Part shown: one piece after another, positions 1-9,597 of the stretch
How positions within the stretch are numbered: the stretch's first letter is position 1
Layout: every line of letters begins with the position of its first letter
Source: Candidatus Uhrbacteria bacterium RIFOXYB12_FULL_58_10
GTDB lineage: Bacteria > Patescibacteriota > Patescibacteriia > UBA9934 > GWF2-40-263
Assembly (NCBI GenBank): GCA_001791645.1
Contig: MGFA01000016.1
Location: forward strand, 71,548 to 135,298
Reading direction: 5' to 3'
Length of the DNA: 63,751 nucleotides
Notes under the pieces: model-generated
What the model saw: only the letters and a program-made list of their open reading frames with translations
Told to the model about the DNA's origin: nothing
The model's database searches: none
Program-made: the position numbers and the translations under genes

Positions 1-314
1 CAGTTGCATTCCTTGGTTTCCGTCTCGCTTGGGACAAGCCAGTGTACGTCGGCCGTTGCGGGAAATTCGACGATAAGCCAAGGAAACAACCCGTCGAGTA
101 CCTGATCCGCGAGCACGAGTGTCTTACGTGCGTCAAACGCGCCGGAAACAGGCGCAGAAATGTACTCGTACCGTTCGAGCGTTGCCGCGCGCGGATGCGA
201 CGTCGAAACCATGAAATCCGTTCGAAACGCCAAAAGCTCATCGTGCGTGATCGTCATAAACCGTTGATCTACCGCCACGGCCGATTCCAAAATGCGTTGA
301 TAGAGAGTGGGCAT
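1..314 (-). CDS. hypothetical protein, 5' part only (gene runs off the left window edge)
   Basis: Absent from the ORF track because no stop lies in the window. The reverse complement from the ATG at 314 reads MPTLYQRILESAVAVDQRFMTITHDELLAFRTDFMVSTSHPRAATLERYEY... and stays open to position 1 (104 codons). Composition is ordinary, unlike the Arg-rich antisense ORF 42..779. Confidence 0.4.
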   Translation of the reverse strand, partial: MPTLYQRILESAVAVDQRFMTITHDELLAFRTDFMVSTSHPRAATLERYEYISAPVSGAFDARKTLVLADQVLDGLFPWLIVEFPATADVHWLVPSETETKECN

Positions 315-330
315 ACGTTTTTCATGGTAC

Positions 331-356
331 CACAAAACCGCCCGAGGGCGGCTTTG
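331..356 (-). terminator. intrinsic terminator-like hairpin after the 360..1421 gene
   Basis: On the minus strand there is a CCGCC / GGCGG stem (338-351) with a short loop, flanked by A-T pairs and followed by TTTTGTGG. Confidence 0.5.
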
Positions 357-359
357 AAC

Positions 360-1421
360 CTATCTGAGGGATTTGTGCGGCACACCGTACGAATAGTCGC
401 CCATCTTGCCAGAGGAATATTCGCGAATCTTGTCGGTCCAATGGGATCCGAACATTTTTCGCGCGGTATATTCATCCGGAATCAGGCGCAGGTAGCGCCC
501 GTTGTCGAGCGTGAACACCGCCGGCATCCCGCGGAACTTCACAAGATAGCTCGCGCGATCGTACGTCCAGGTCCCGCTCACACGATAATCATCAAGCTTG
601 GAACAGGAAATCGTGCGAACGTCCGCGAACGAGTGACCCCAGGCGTAGAACGTTTCTTCGTCCGGGAATCGCTTCAGCGTATGATTGCTGTTCATGGAGT
701 ATACATCGGATTCTCCGTTGCACTTGAGCAGCGTTCCGACCGGGTAGTCGGTGTTGTCCTCTACGTCGCTCGCCTCTGAAACACGGTTACCAAATTCTTT
801 CGCAACGTTGGCGAGCTCGTCCTCATACGCATTCACGATCGAACGCACCTCGTTCTTACCCTCCACGAAATACAGGCCGGGCTTGTAGAACCATGCGTCC
901 CGGCCGTCGGCGTCCGTGCCGTTGCGGGAAGCCTGCTTTAGGAACAACCGAATAGCTTCCGTATCCTTTGGCACGACCATGTATCCGTATGTCACCTGCC
1001 AGTATGTCCCGTCTTGCACGTCATGGCGCATGTAACTGTTCGTGAAGTATTCGTTCACGTCGCCATCGTCATTGAGAAAGTAACCGTAGAGATATGGGAG
1101 GCCTGCGATATTCTCCGCGCCGCTCGCAAGATTCGCATACGGCTTTTCCGCGCGAGTATAGGAGATGAACAGCGCATAGTCGGTATTGTGGCTCCGCGAA
1201 ACGTCCACGTCCGTGGAAACGTATCCGTCGCGTTTCTTTGTGGACTCCAGGCGCACGCGACCATCGGAAAGGACGTCGGCCTCGCCGGATTGCGTCCAAG
1301 AAGACGTCGCGCGCGCGAAGTTCTTTTCGTTCGTGTCGATGTCCACCCGGGCACTCGCCGCCACCGGAGCCGCGATGAGAAACGCCACCGCGAACAGCGC
1401 CGTAAATTTGCGTAAAATCAT
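360..1421 (-). CDS. secreted protein of unknown function
   Basis: ORF 360..1469; the likely start is the ATG at 1421, giving the signal-peptide-like N-terminus MILRKFTALFAVAFLIAAPVAASA. The C-terminal ~120 aa aligns by eye with the C-terminus of the surface protein 38124..41036. Confidence 0.7.
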   Translation of the reverse strand: MILRKFTALFAVAFLIAAPVAASARVDIDTNEKNFARATSSWTQSGEADVLSDGRVRLESTKKRDGYVSTDVDVSRSHNTDYALFISYTRAEKPYANLASGAENIAGLPYLYGYFLNDDGDVNEYFTNSYMRHDVQDGTYWQVTYGYMVVPKDTEAIRLFLKQASRNGTDADGRDAWFYKPGLYFVEGKNEVRSIVNAYEDELANVAKEFGNRVSEASDVEDNTDYPVGTLLKCNGESDVYSMNSNHTLKRFPDEETFYAWGHSFADVRTISCSKLDDYRVSGTWTYDRASYLVKFRGMPAVFTLDNGRYLRLIPDEYTARKMFGSHWTDKIREYSSGKMGDYSYGVPHKSLR

Positions 1422-1574
1422 ATAGTTTGATTGATGAACAACCCTGCCATATTTAACGCAAAACGTCAAGATTCGTTACGGGTTCGCAAATCATACGCGT
1501 GGACGCGTACCGGCTTGCCAAGAGCGCGGGCCTGCGCGACCGCGTCCTCAGCGGAACAAACAATATTCGACATT

Positions 1575-2126
1575 TCAAAGGATGCCCAGGATCCGATGAA
1601 ACTCGTGAAGACGACCATTGGCTTTCATACGGAACAGGTCGTTGGAAATCTCGCGCTCGTTACACTCCGGTGCCGTGATCCTATCGACGAACTCGTCCGC
1701 CTCGAATTCCACGAGTCGAATTCTTTCTCCGGCGTCAAGCTTTTGCTTGGCAACCGTACGGCAGTTGCGCGCCACGTACACGTGGATCTGCCAATCCATT
1801 TTCGCGACCGGCTCATACGTTCGGAACGGTTCCCAGTCGTCCGATTCCATTCCGGCCTCCTCCAGCAATTCACGTCTCACGGTCGAGAGCACATCCTCTC
1901 CTTCCTCCTGCCTCCCGCCAAGCAACGTTAGCCGTTCCTCCCGCATGGGCTGCTCCTCGAATGCCATCACTACTTTCTTTCCCACCACCGGAATCACCAA
2001 CGCGGTTGACGGGCGCTTAAGTCGTTCGAATGTCACCTTTGACCCGTCGAACATCTCCTGCTCCCACTGATATACGTCGAAGATTACGCCATGAAATACT
2101 CGCTTCGCGTCGCTGGGGATTTTCAT
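1575..2126 (-). CDS. NUDIX hydrolase
   Basis: Nudix box GGRQEEGEDVLSTVRRELLEEAG (GX5EX7REUXEEXGU pattern). The ATG at 2126 (MKIPSDAKRVF...) avoids overlap with the upstream gene that ends at 2140. Confidence 0.8.
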   Translation of the reverse strand: MKIPSDAKRVFHGVIFDVYQWEQEMFDGSKVTFERLKRPSTALVIPVVGKKVVMAFEEQPMREERLTLLGGRQEEGEDVLSTVRRELLEEAGMESDDWEPFRTYEPVAKMDWQIHVYVARNCRTVAKQKLDAGERIRLVEFEADEFVDRITAPECNEREISNDLFRMKANGRLHEFHRILGIL

Positions 2127-2139
2127 AACGGATGGACTT

Positions 2140-2673
2140 TTACAGCGTATACTCCCACCCCGGCTGCCAAGACCATGTGGCCGGGACGACCGTGGCAAGC
2201 GGGACGCCGCCAATATGTCGCTCAAGCGCGTACTGCGTCGCGCGATGGCCGATAATCATCACGCGCTTTCCGTCATAGTCGCGCGCGAGATCGTCAAGAA
2301 ACGATTTCATCCGGGCCGACGACTGCTCGTAGCTCTCCCCGTTCGGAAACGGCTTGTCGATGCACGCCGGCTTCATTGCGGCCACTTCGTCGGCTGGCCT
2401 CTGCGTCATGTCGCCATAATCGACTTCGCGCAACCGCGCGTCACGAACAACCGACACGCCCGTCCCATCGAACGCGATCTCTCCCGTACGATACGACCGC
2501 GACAAATCCGAACAAAAGACCGCGTCAAAATGCTCACCCTGCCGACGTGCGCCAAGCTCCTTCGCCTGCTCGATACCGAGCAGCGAAAGCTCCGCATCGT
2601 TATGCCCAGACGAAACATGGTTCTCATTGTCAAACGTCGTGGCGTGAGATTCAAAGACGATGGCTACAGACAT
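2140..2673 (-). CDS. histidine phosphatase (phosphoglycerate mutase-like) family protein
   Basis: N-terminal VAIVFESHATTFDN... resembles the RHG-type catalytic His motif, and a downstream MIIGHRATQ (second His motif) is present. The ATG at 2673 lies just after the secA stop at 2694. Confidence 0.7.
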   Translation of the reverse strand: MSVAIVFESHATTFDNENHVSSGHNDAELSLLGIEQAKELGARRQGEHFDAVFCSDLSRSYRTGEIAFDGTGVSVVRDARLREVDYGDMTQRPADEVAAMKPACIDKPFPNGESYEQSSARMKSFLDDLARDYDGKRVMIIGHRATQYALERHIGGVPLATVVPATWSWQPGWEYTL

Positions 2674-2693
2674 ATTGAAGGGATAAAATCGAT

Positions 2694-5489
2694 TTATTCG
2701 TTCCCATTGAGATGGCACTTCTTATACTTCTTCCCAGACCCGCACGGACATAAATCGTTGCGACCGACGTTGGTGGTGTTAATGAGGGGGGAGAGCGCAT
2801 TGCCCGATCCCGCTTCCCATGTGTCAGGAGGAGAGACTCGTGGTTGTTGGGATGGCTTGCCCATGGTTTTGACGGCGCCTTGCATTTGCATGCCGGCGCG
2901 TTGAAGCAGCGACTGCCCGAGGAGGGCCGCAGCGCGGGCGTCGGTAATATGCTTGGCGTGCTTGAAGAAACCGTAGGCAATCTCCTGGTTGATAAACGCG
3001 AGGAGGCGTTGGAACATTTGGTAAGACTCCTTTTTGTACTCGACCAGCGGGTCGCGCTGAGCGTAACCGTGCAATCCGATAGAGTGACGCAGCGCGGTCA
3101 TGGCCGAAAGATGTTCGATCCACAGCGTATCCATGGCTCGCACGATGACCGCGCGCTCAAGTTGGCGGAGCTGGGCGGGATCCGCGAACGTCTTGGTGAC
3201 CGAGTCGTATTGCTCGCGCACGATGGCCATGACGGCCTCGATGACCTTGGTGCGTTCCTCCGCAAGATGCAATTTGTCTTTTGCAGCTCCAGTGGTGAGT
3301 GTCGAGAGAGAGGCCTTTTGCTCGTCGGTCAATGCCACGATCGTCTGCACGACCTCGACGATTTCCTTCGCATTGGTGTCACCCGGAATCGCCGTTGTCT
3401 CGCCCGTATGAAACAGCACGACCTGCTCAACCTCCCCTTCGACTACGTCGAGAATAACGTCCCGCAACGCGGTTTGATTCTCGGAGGCATAGGCGTCGAG
3501 CACTTCGCGGCGGCGACGATAAATCACTTCACGGTGCTTGTTGAGAACGTCATCGTATTCGAGCAAATGCTTGCGCGTATCGAAGTGATGGCCTTCCACG
3601 CGCTCCTGGGCCTTTTCGATGGAACCCGTGACCATCCCGTTTTCAATCGGCATGTCGTCCGGAATCCCAAGACGATCCATCATCCCCTTCACGCGGTCGG
3701 AACCGAAGATGCGCATGAGATCATCTTCCATGGAAACGTAAAACTGGGTGGAGCCAGGATCGCCCTGGCGGCCAGCACGTCCGCGAAGCTGGTTGTCGAT
3801 GCGTCGGGACTCGTGGCGCTCGGTGCCGATCACGTGCAGGCCGCCGAGATCCTTGACGCGCTGAGCCAAAGCCCGGTCAGGCGGGTTGCCCCCAAGCATG
3901 ATATCCACGCCGCGTCCGGCCATGTTAGTGGCGATGGTCACGGCGCCGGCGCGTCCGGCCTGCGCGATAAACTCGGCTTCGGCCGCGTGGTTCTTGGCGT
4001 TCAACAGGTTGAACGGAACGCCCTCGCGCCGCAGGAGCGCGCCAAGCATCTCATTGCGCTCAATCGAAATGGTCCCGACCAGCACGGGCTGGCCTTTTTC
4101 GTGACGTTCCTTGATTTCACGCACCACGGCCGTGAACTTTCCGAGTTCGTTCTTGTACACGCGATCCGGAAGATCCGTGCGGTCCGGCGGTTTGTTCGTT
4201 GGAATGGACGTCACTTCCAGCCCGTAAATCTTTCCGAACTCCTCCGCTTCCGTGGCGGCTGTCCCGGTCATGCCGGACAGCTTGTCATACATGCGAAAGA
4301 AATTTTGGAAGGTGATAGTGGCAAGCGTTTGGCTCTCGCGTTGCACGGGTAAACCCTCCTTGGCCTCGATGGCCTGGTGAATGCCTTCGGAAAAACGACG
4401 GCCCTGCATCATGCGGCCCGTGAATTCGTCGACGATGATCACGGCCCCGTCCTTGACCACGTATTGCACGTCGCGCTTATAGAGAGCAACCGCCTTAAGG
4501 GCAGACTCGGCGTAGTGCTGTTGGTTGGCACCGATCGCGTAAAGATTTTCAACGCCCAGAGCCTTCTCGACCTTCTCGATACCGGCTTCCGTAAACGTGG
4601 CGGCGCGCATCTTTTCGTCAATGTTGTAATCCTGATTCTCGACGAGCGTCTTCATGATGGCCGCGAAGCGCGCGTACAGTTCGTTGGATTCCTCGGCGGG
4701 CGCAGAGATGATAAGAGGGGTGCGTGCCTCGTCGATGAGGATGGAGTCGACCTCGTCCACGATCGCGAAGTGCAGGTCGCGCATCACGCAGTGATCGAGG
4801 GTCGGCGCCATGTTGTCGCGCAGGTAGTCGAACCCGAACTCATTATTGGTACCATAGGTGATATCCGCGGCATATGCGTCCTTGCGGGAAACCGGTCGGA
4901 GATAATCGGTGTGCACGCGAAACGCGCCGGTCGCGTCGCGCTCGGCATCGTGTGCCTCCTCGGTTTCGGATCCGTGCTCATGCTTGTAATGCGGGTCGTA
5001 CAAAAAGCCGCTCTCATGCTGAATGACGCCGGTCGACATGCCGAGCGCGTAAAACACCTGGCCCATCCACGCTGCGTCGCGTCGTGCGAGATAATCGTTG
5101 ACCGTAATGAGATGCGCGCCTTTCCCCGTGAGCGCGTTTGCGTAAAGCGGCGCGGTAGCGGTCAGGGTCTTGCCTTCGCCTGTGCGCATTTCCGCGATGC
5201 CGCGGCGGTGCATCACGAGTCCGCCCATAAGCTGCACGTCGTAGTGGCGCTGCCCGAGCTTGCGCTTCGCTGCCTCGCGCACGGCCGCAAACGCGTCAAA
5301 CAAAACGTCCTCGAGCGTTTCGCCATTGCTGAGTCGCCCGCGTAACACCACGGTCACGCCGAGCAGGTCATCGTCGCTCATGGCCTGGTATTTCGGTTCG
5401 AGCGCGTTGATTTTTTCCGCGTCGCGAGACACGGTCTCGAGAGCCTTCTTGTTCGGATCGCCAAAAATGGCATTGAAGATCTTTTGCAT
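2694..5489 (-). CDS. secA: preprotein translocase ATPase SecA
   Basis: 931 aa. Contains MRTGEGKT (Walker A), DEVDSILIDEARTPLIIS, and the C-terminal zinc-binding tail CPCGSGKKYKKCH. Confidence 0.97.
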   Translation of the reverse strand: MQKIFNAIFGDPNKKALETVSRDAEKINALEPKYQAMSDDDLLGVTVVLRGRLSNGETLEDVLFDAFAAVREAAKRKLGQRHYDVQLMGGLVMHRRGIAEMRTGEGKTLTATAPLYANALTGKGAHLITVNDYLARRDAAWMGQVFYALGMSTGVIQHESGFLYDPHYKHEHGSETEEAHDAERDATGAFRVHTDYLRPVSRKDAYAADITYGTNNEFGFDYLRDNMAPTLDHCVMRDLHFAIVDEVDSILIDEARTPLIISAPAEESNELYARFAAIMKTLVENQDYNIDEKMRAATFTEAGIEKVEKALGVENLYAIGANQQHYAESALKAVALYKRDVQYVVKDGAVIIVDEFTGRMMQGRRFSEGIHQAIEAKEGLPVQRESQTLATITFQNFFRMYDKLSGMTGTAATEAEEFGKIYGLEVTSIPTNKPPDRTDLPDRVYKNELGKFTAVVREIKERHEKGQPVLVGTISIERNEMLGALLRREGVPFNLLNAKNHAAEAEFIAQAGRAGAVTIATNMAGRGVDIMLGGNPPDRALAQRVKDLGGLHVIGTERHESRRIDNQLRGRAGRQGDPGSTQFYVSMEDDLMRIFGSDRVKGMMDRLGIPDDMPIENGMVTGSIEKAQERVEGHHFDTRKHLLEYDDVLNKHREVIYRRRREVLDAYASENQTALRDVILDVVEGEVEQVVLFHTGETTAIPGDTNAKEIVEVVQTIVALTDEQKASLSTLTTGAAKDKLHLAEERTKVIEAVMAIVREQYDSVTKTFADPAQLRQLERAVIVRAMDTLWIEHLSAMTALRHSIGLHGYAQRDPLVEYKKESYQMFQRLLAFINQEIAYGFFKHAKHITDARAAALLGQSLLQRAGMQMQGAVKTMGKPSQQPRVSPPDTWEAGSGNALSPLINTTNVGRNDLCPCGSGKKYKKCHLNGNE

Positions 5490-5520
5490 AATACGGACAG
5501 ACTATGCGCTTTTTGACCTG

Positions 5521-5555
5521 AAAAATCAATGGCGGGGTCATGAGACTCCGCCATT
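5521..5555 (-). terminator. intrinsic terminator-like hairpin between hpf and secA
   Basis: Minus strand: AATGGCGG ... CCGCCATT, an 8-bp stem (5528-5535 / 5548-5555), followed by GATTTTT. Confidence 0.5.
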
Positions 5556-5567
5556 TGCCCTCAGTCG

Positions 5568-5909
5568 CTATTCCTTATCGGGCCGTGGCGATCGCTGGTC
5601 CTGCTGCACACGGTCCTTGTGCTCGACGACCTGGCGGCGCAGGTCGTCCTTGCATACGTCGATCGCCTCATACAAATCTTCACGCTCTTCCTCGGAGCGA
5701 ACCATATTGCCTAAAAATGCCAGGTTCATTTCCGCGCGCATGAAAGGCCCCTTGTTGTGATGGCGCGAACTCTTGCCAACCTCTACCTCAAGCATGGCAT
5801 CGGGATCATATTCATCCACCAGCTTCGCGATGGCGAGCGCTTTTTCGTCCACATACTGCCGAATCGCATCGGTCAGATCCATGTCCTTCGTCTTCAGGAT
5901 GATTTGCAT
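5568..5909 (-). CDS. hpf: ribosome hibernation promoting factor / RaiA family (short form)
   Basis: 113 aa: MQIILKTKDMDLTDAIRQYVDEK...DLYEAIDVCKDDLRRQVVEHKDR matches the HPF/YfiA pattern. Confidence 0.85.
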   Translation of the reverse strand: MQIILKTKDMDLTDAIRQYVDEKALAIAKLVDEYDPDAMLEVEVGKSSRHHNKGPFMRAEMNLAFLGNMVRSEEEREDLYEAIDVCKDDLRRQVVEHKDRVQQDQRSPRPDKE

Positions 5910-5919
5910 AAGGCGATGT

Positions 5920-6876
5920 TTATAATCCTAAATACTGTACCTCTTCCTGCAGCTGAATGCCAACCTGATCGCGCGCGCGAGTCTTAACGAGCGCGATCAG
6001 CTGTGCCACATCGCTTGCCGTGGCTCCGCCAAGATTTATGATGAAGTTTCCGTGCTCCGGACTAATTTGCGCGTTGCCGATCTTCATGCCCTTCAATCCG
6101 AGCTTGTCGATGAGCCAGCCGGCGGACACCCGACGGCTGGACTTTCCGCCAATGGCGGACCCGGCCGAGCCAGGCATCTCTTGGGGTAGTAAATCGAATA
6201 CGCGCCCAAAACGTTGCAGGTCCTCCTCGATCGCGTCGTAATTTTTAAACATGCATCCGGCCGAACCCGCATACAACGGCTGCGACGTCTTGCGCGTTTC
6301 GAGCATCTCGTCGATCTTTCTAAGAAGATCCCCGCGATCTCCCGTCGTTAAATCCATCGTCACGAAAAGAATGATGTCGTTTGACTGTTTCATGGCGGAT
6401 TCTCGATATGCGAACCGAAGGTCGGCCGCAACGACCTCAACGACGTCCTTCCCCCTCAACACGCTCACGCTTCTCACCACATCCTTCATTTCCCCACCAA
6501 AACACCCCGCGTTCCCGCGAACGGCACCGCCGATGGTACCCGGGAGCGAAATAGCCCATTCCATACCTTTAAGACCCACGCTCGCGGTCTGCCTTGCCAC
6601 GGCCGCGGACATGGCCCCGGCATCGGCTGTCACCGTCGTGCCGTTGATCGTCACGCCACGCATGGCCATCTGGATGACGACCCCGGAAAATCCCTCGTCG
6701 CTCGCGAGCACGTTCGACCCGCCGCCGATCACGCGAAACGGAACCCCATGCTCCGCCGCAAACGCGATGGCCTCGCGAAGTTCGCTTTCGTCCTTCACGA
6801 CCACAAACCACCGCGCCGGTCCCCCGATGCGAAAGTTGGTGTGCTTGGAAAGAGGTTCGTTTTCCAGAATGGTCAT
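5920..6876 (-). CDS. murB: UDP-N-acetylenolpyruvoylglucosamine reductase
   Basis: FRIGGPARWF and VIGGGSNVL FAD-binding motifs. The ATGA start/stop overlap with murC suggests translational coupling. Confidence 0.92.
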   Translation of the reverse strand: MTILENEPLSKHTNFRIGGPARWFVVVKDESELREAIAFAAEHGVPFRVIGGGSNVLASDEGFSGVVIQMAMRGVTINGTTVTADAGAMSAAVARQTASVGLKGMEWAISLPGTIGGAVRGNAGCFGGEMKDVVRSVSVLRGKDVVEVVAADLRFAYRESAMKQSNDIILFVTMDLTTGDRGDLLRKIDEMLETRKTSQPLYAGSAGCMFKNYDAIEEDLQRFGRVFDLLPQEMPGSAGSAIGGKSSRRVSAGWLIDKLGLKGMKIGNAQISPEHGNFIINLGGATASDVAQLIALVKTRARDQVGIQLQEEVQYLGL

Positions 6877-8162
6877 ACGGCCAGTTTGCGCGCGAGGTCG
6901 TCAACGTCGCCGGCCCCTTGGACAATGAGAACATCGTCGGTTTTCACGATGTCGCGCAGAATCGACTCGGCCTCCGCAAGATTCGCTGCGTAGTGCGCGC
7001 CCGGAACCTTGGCGGCGAGATCCTTGCTCGAAATATCATCGCCTTCCATGCGCCCTGCCACGGCATAGATCTCCGGAATCACCACGACGTCGGCCGTCTT
7101 GAGGGCATCCGCGAAATCAACGAACAGCTCCTTGGTACGTGAATGCTGATGCGGCTGGAAACACAGCACGATCCGTCTCCCTGGAAACATTTCACGCGCG
7201 GCTTCCACGGTGCCGCGAATGGCTGTGGGGTGATGGCCGTAGTCGGAAATCACATCTGTGCCGTGCCAGGATCCGACGCGTTCGAACCTCCTCCAAATGC
7301 CCGTGAACTCGGCGAGAACACGCTTGCACGTTTCAAGCGAAACGCCGAGCTCCATGGCCGCCGCGGTCGCGGCAAGCGCGTTCATCACGTTGAACCGCCC
7401 GGGGATCTTTAACTTCAGCCCGATTTTGTCCCCGTCGTATTCCGCGTCCACGCCAAAGCCGTACGCCACGCCGCGGTCAACGTTCAGCTTTCGTGATTCC
7501 GGATCGTTCATGTTCCAAACAGCGAGCCCCTTCCCCTTCAGCTTGTCTACGAACGTCTGAAAGGTGTCACGAATATGGTCGAGATCACGATAAAAGTCGA
7601 GATGATCCTCCTCGATGTTCGTCAGCACGATCATCTCCGGATTGAGATGGAGCATGTGCGCGCGATACTCGCACCCTTCCACCACGAGGAAACGGCCGCT
7701 GCCCACCCGCAAGTTGCCGAGCTCAAACGAGGGAACGAGCGAGCCGACGATCACGGTCGGATCATATCCCGCGGCCTCAAGGATCAGCCCGAGCATCGCC
7801 GTCGTGGTCGATTTGCCGTTCGTGCCAGAAATCACGATGGTCGAGAATTCCTTTGACAGCGCGCCCAAGAATTCCGGATAGGTCCATTGCGGAATGCCAA
7901 GTTCGGTCGCGCGGACGCGTTCGACGTTCGTTTCAAGCACTGCGGGCGAACACACCACCAGCTGCGCCCCTTCCGGAACGTTCGAGGACGCGTGACCGGA
8001 CCGAAAATCCATTCCACGACGCGACAATTCATCGGTGACTGGCGATGAGCGCAGATCCGATCCGCTGACGTTCTTCCCTTTTGCGATACACCATTTGGCC
8101 GCGGCAGAAATGCCAATTCCACCCGTGCCAATGAAATGAATCGCGTGTATTCCTTCAAGCAT
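6873..8162 (-). CDS. murC: UDP-N-acetylmuramate--L-alanine ligase
   Basis: IHFIGTGGIGISAAAKW at the N-terminus; Mur ligase P-loop ISGTNGKSTTT. Confidence 0.92.
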   Translation of the reverse strand: MLEGIHAIHFIGTGGIGISAAAKWCIAKGKNVSGSDLRSSPVTDELSRRGMDFRSGHASSNVPEGAQLVVCSPAVLETNVERVRATELGIPQWTYPEFLGALSKEFSTIVISGTNGKSTTTAMLGLILEAAGYDPTVIVGSLVPSFELGNLRVGSGRFLVVEGCEYRAHMLHLNPEMIVLTNIEEDHLDFYRDLDHIRDTFQTFVDKLKGKGLAVWNMNDPESRKLNVDRGVAYGFGVDAEYDGDKIGLKLKIPGRFNVMNALAATAAAMELGVSLETCKRVLAEFTGIWRRFERVGSWHGTDVISDYGHHPTAIRGTVEAAREMFPGRRIVLCFQPHQHSRTKELFVDFADALKTADVVVIPEIYAVAGRMEGDDISSKDLAAKVPGAHYAANLAEAESILRDIVKTDDVLIVQGAGDVDDLARKLAV

Positions 8163-8219
8163 ATTTATGTTGTCATCTTAGCATAGGGGGCCGTGAAAAA
8201 GAAAAAGCCGCCAGGGTCC

Positions 8220-9476
8220 CTAGCGGTCATAGGCGAGTTCGACGCGTTCGATGCGTCCGTGCGTGAGCACGTTCGCGGCCACGGCGTCGGTGAGACAAGA
8301 CAGGTTCCAGGCATAGGGGTAGGCCTCCGTAGAAACATCCCCGGCCACCAGGCGTCTTCCTTGGGCGGCGTCGAGCACGTAGGAAAGGCGGCCGCGATCG
8401 TCGATCGTGGGCTCGTGGATCATTGCCGGACGGCTGAACGCGACGCATTGGTCGCGGGTGACGAGGATTTCCTCGGCCCGGTTGCCGTCGGAGTCGGTCC
8501 GCGTGACATGGGCGACGAACTGACGGCCGTCCGGAGACCATCGGAACCCGCCTGACCGCATGAAGAACGAGCCTTCGAACACCGTCTTCCCGTCGACGAG
8601 CAGACGCCGCGCGAATCGATTGTCACGGGACGCAACCCGCAGCAGCAGGGCGACAGATGAGCTGTCGGGCGCGGGCCAAACGAAGTCGACTCCGCCGTCC
8701 GTTCCTTCCGGCGTAATGGGCGTGAGCCTTCCACCGACCCAGAACGAATCGGAATTCCCATCGCGAAGCAGGTAGACAGGTCTGCCATGGTGAAGGAACA
8801 TGCGCGCGCGCCTCGCCACGAACGGAAGCGGCCACACCGGCTTGCCCGGCTGGTTGTCCGGAAGGTTCCAGTCCGGATCGGGCGGATCGTACCAGAAGGT
8901 ATCGGATCCGACGGCATGCGGAAGCAACGTGTGAACGCGGCCGTCGCGGTCGAAGACGAGCTCGACGCCGCCAGGCAGCGTCATCGCCGATTCACGCACC
9001 AGGCACACGACGCCGCCGCGCCCCACGGACCCGACGGGAATGTCGCCCCATGGGCCGCGGATGAACTTCTGAACGTCCTGCATCCGCGCGCACAACCGAA
9101 CGCCTTGTGGCGTCACCATCCAGATGCCGCGCGTGCCGGAATAGTCACCCCACACCCTCACCCCACGATGGGGAAAGGTCTGGACGATCATCGCGTCGTC
9201 GAACGCGTTGGCCGCCAGGGTTACCGCCGGGTCCGAGTGAACGACCACGAGAGAACTTCCGGACGTCCGCCGAATCGAAGCCACGGCAAAGCCGTCGCGC
9301 GAAGCCATCAGACGCCGCGACTCGACGTCTTGATGGAGACGGATGGGCAAAAGCGGGTTGGGTGGAACGAACACCACTTCCGAGATCCGCGGCACATTCG
9401 TTTGAAATCGTTCGCGAGCCGCACGCCTGACCGCGCTGCCAGAGAGTCTGTAAACCATTGGATTCTCCATTCTCAC
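8220..9476 (-). CDS. hypothetical protein, possible PD40/TolB-like beta-propeller repeats
   Basis: ORF with a GTG at 9476. In-frame ATGs at 9470 and 9458 have GAGGTGA / GGAGA upstream. Contains FRWSPDGRQFVAH-type repeat and no signal peptide. Visibly GC-richer than its neighbours. Confidence 0.55.
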   Translation of the reverse strand: MRMENPMVYRLSGSAVRRAARERFQTNVPRISEVVFVPPNPLLPIRLHQDVESRRLMASRDGFAVASIRRTSGSSLVVVHSDPAVTLAANAFDDAMIVQTFPHRGVRVWGDYSGTRGIWMVTPQGVRLCARMQDVQKFIRGPWGDIPVGSVGRGGVVCLVRESAMTLPGGVELVFDRDGRVHTLLPHAVGSDTFWYDPPDPDWNLPDNQPGKPVWPLPFVARRARMFLHHGRPVYLLRDGNSDSFWVGGRLTPITPEGTDGGVDFVWPAPDSSSVALLLRVASRDNRFARRLLVDGKTVFEGSFFMRSGGFRWSPDGRQFVAHVTRTDSDGNRAEEILVTRDQCVAFSRPAMIHEPTIDDRGRLSYVLDAAQGRRLVAGDVSTEAYPYAWNLSCLTDAVAANVLTHGRIERVELAYDR

Positions 9477-9518
9477 CTCTCGATGAGAGCGAAGCTAGCT
9501 TAAGAGAATTCGGCCTTG

Positions 9519-9547
9519 TTGTCAAGAAAACAACCCCATCGTAGAAT
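9519..9547 (+). promoter_or_regulatory. sigma70-like promoter upstream of glyA
   Basis: TTGTCA (9519-9524), a 17-nt spacer, then TAGAAT (9542-9547). Confidence 0.4.
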
Positions 9548-9597
9548 GGCACCACTATGTCATAGGGTCTCCATCGGCCGCACGCTTTTCCCTTAAA

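Noticed and set aside
42-779. 245-aa plus-strand ORF at the left edge
   Set aside because: It is Arg-rich and of low complexity. It is antisense to the better-supported minus-strand genes (partial CDS 1-314 and secreted protein 360-1421) and spans their terminator.
2844-5345. Long plus-strand ORFs (502 aa and 322 aa) within the secA region
   Set aside because: They are antisense shadows of secA. Their composition is biased (Arg/Gly/His/Leu) with no motifs, whereas secA on the minus strand is unambiguous.
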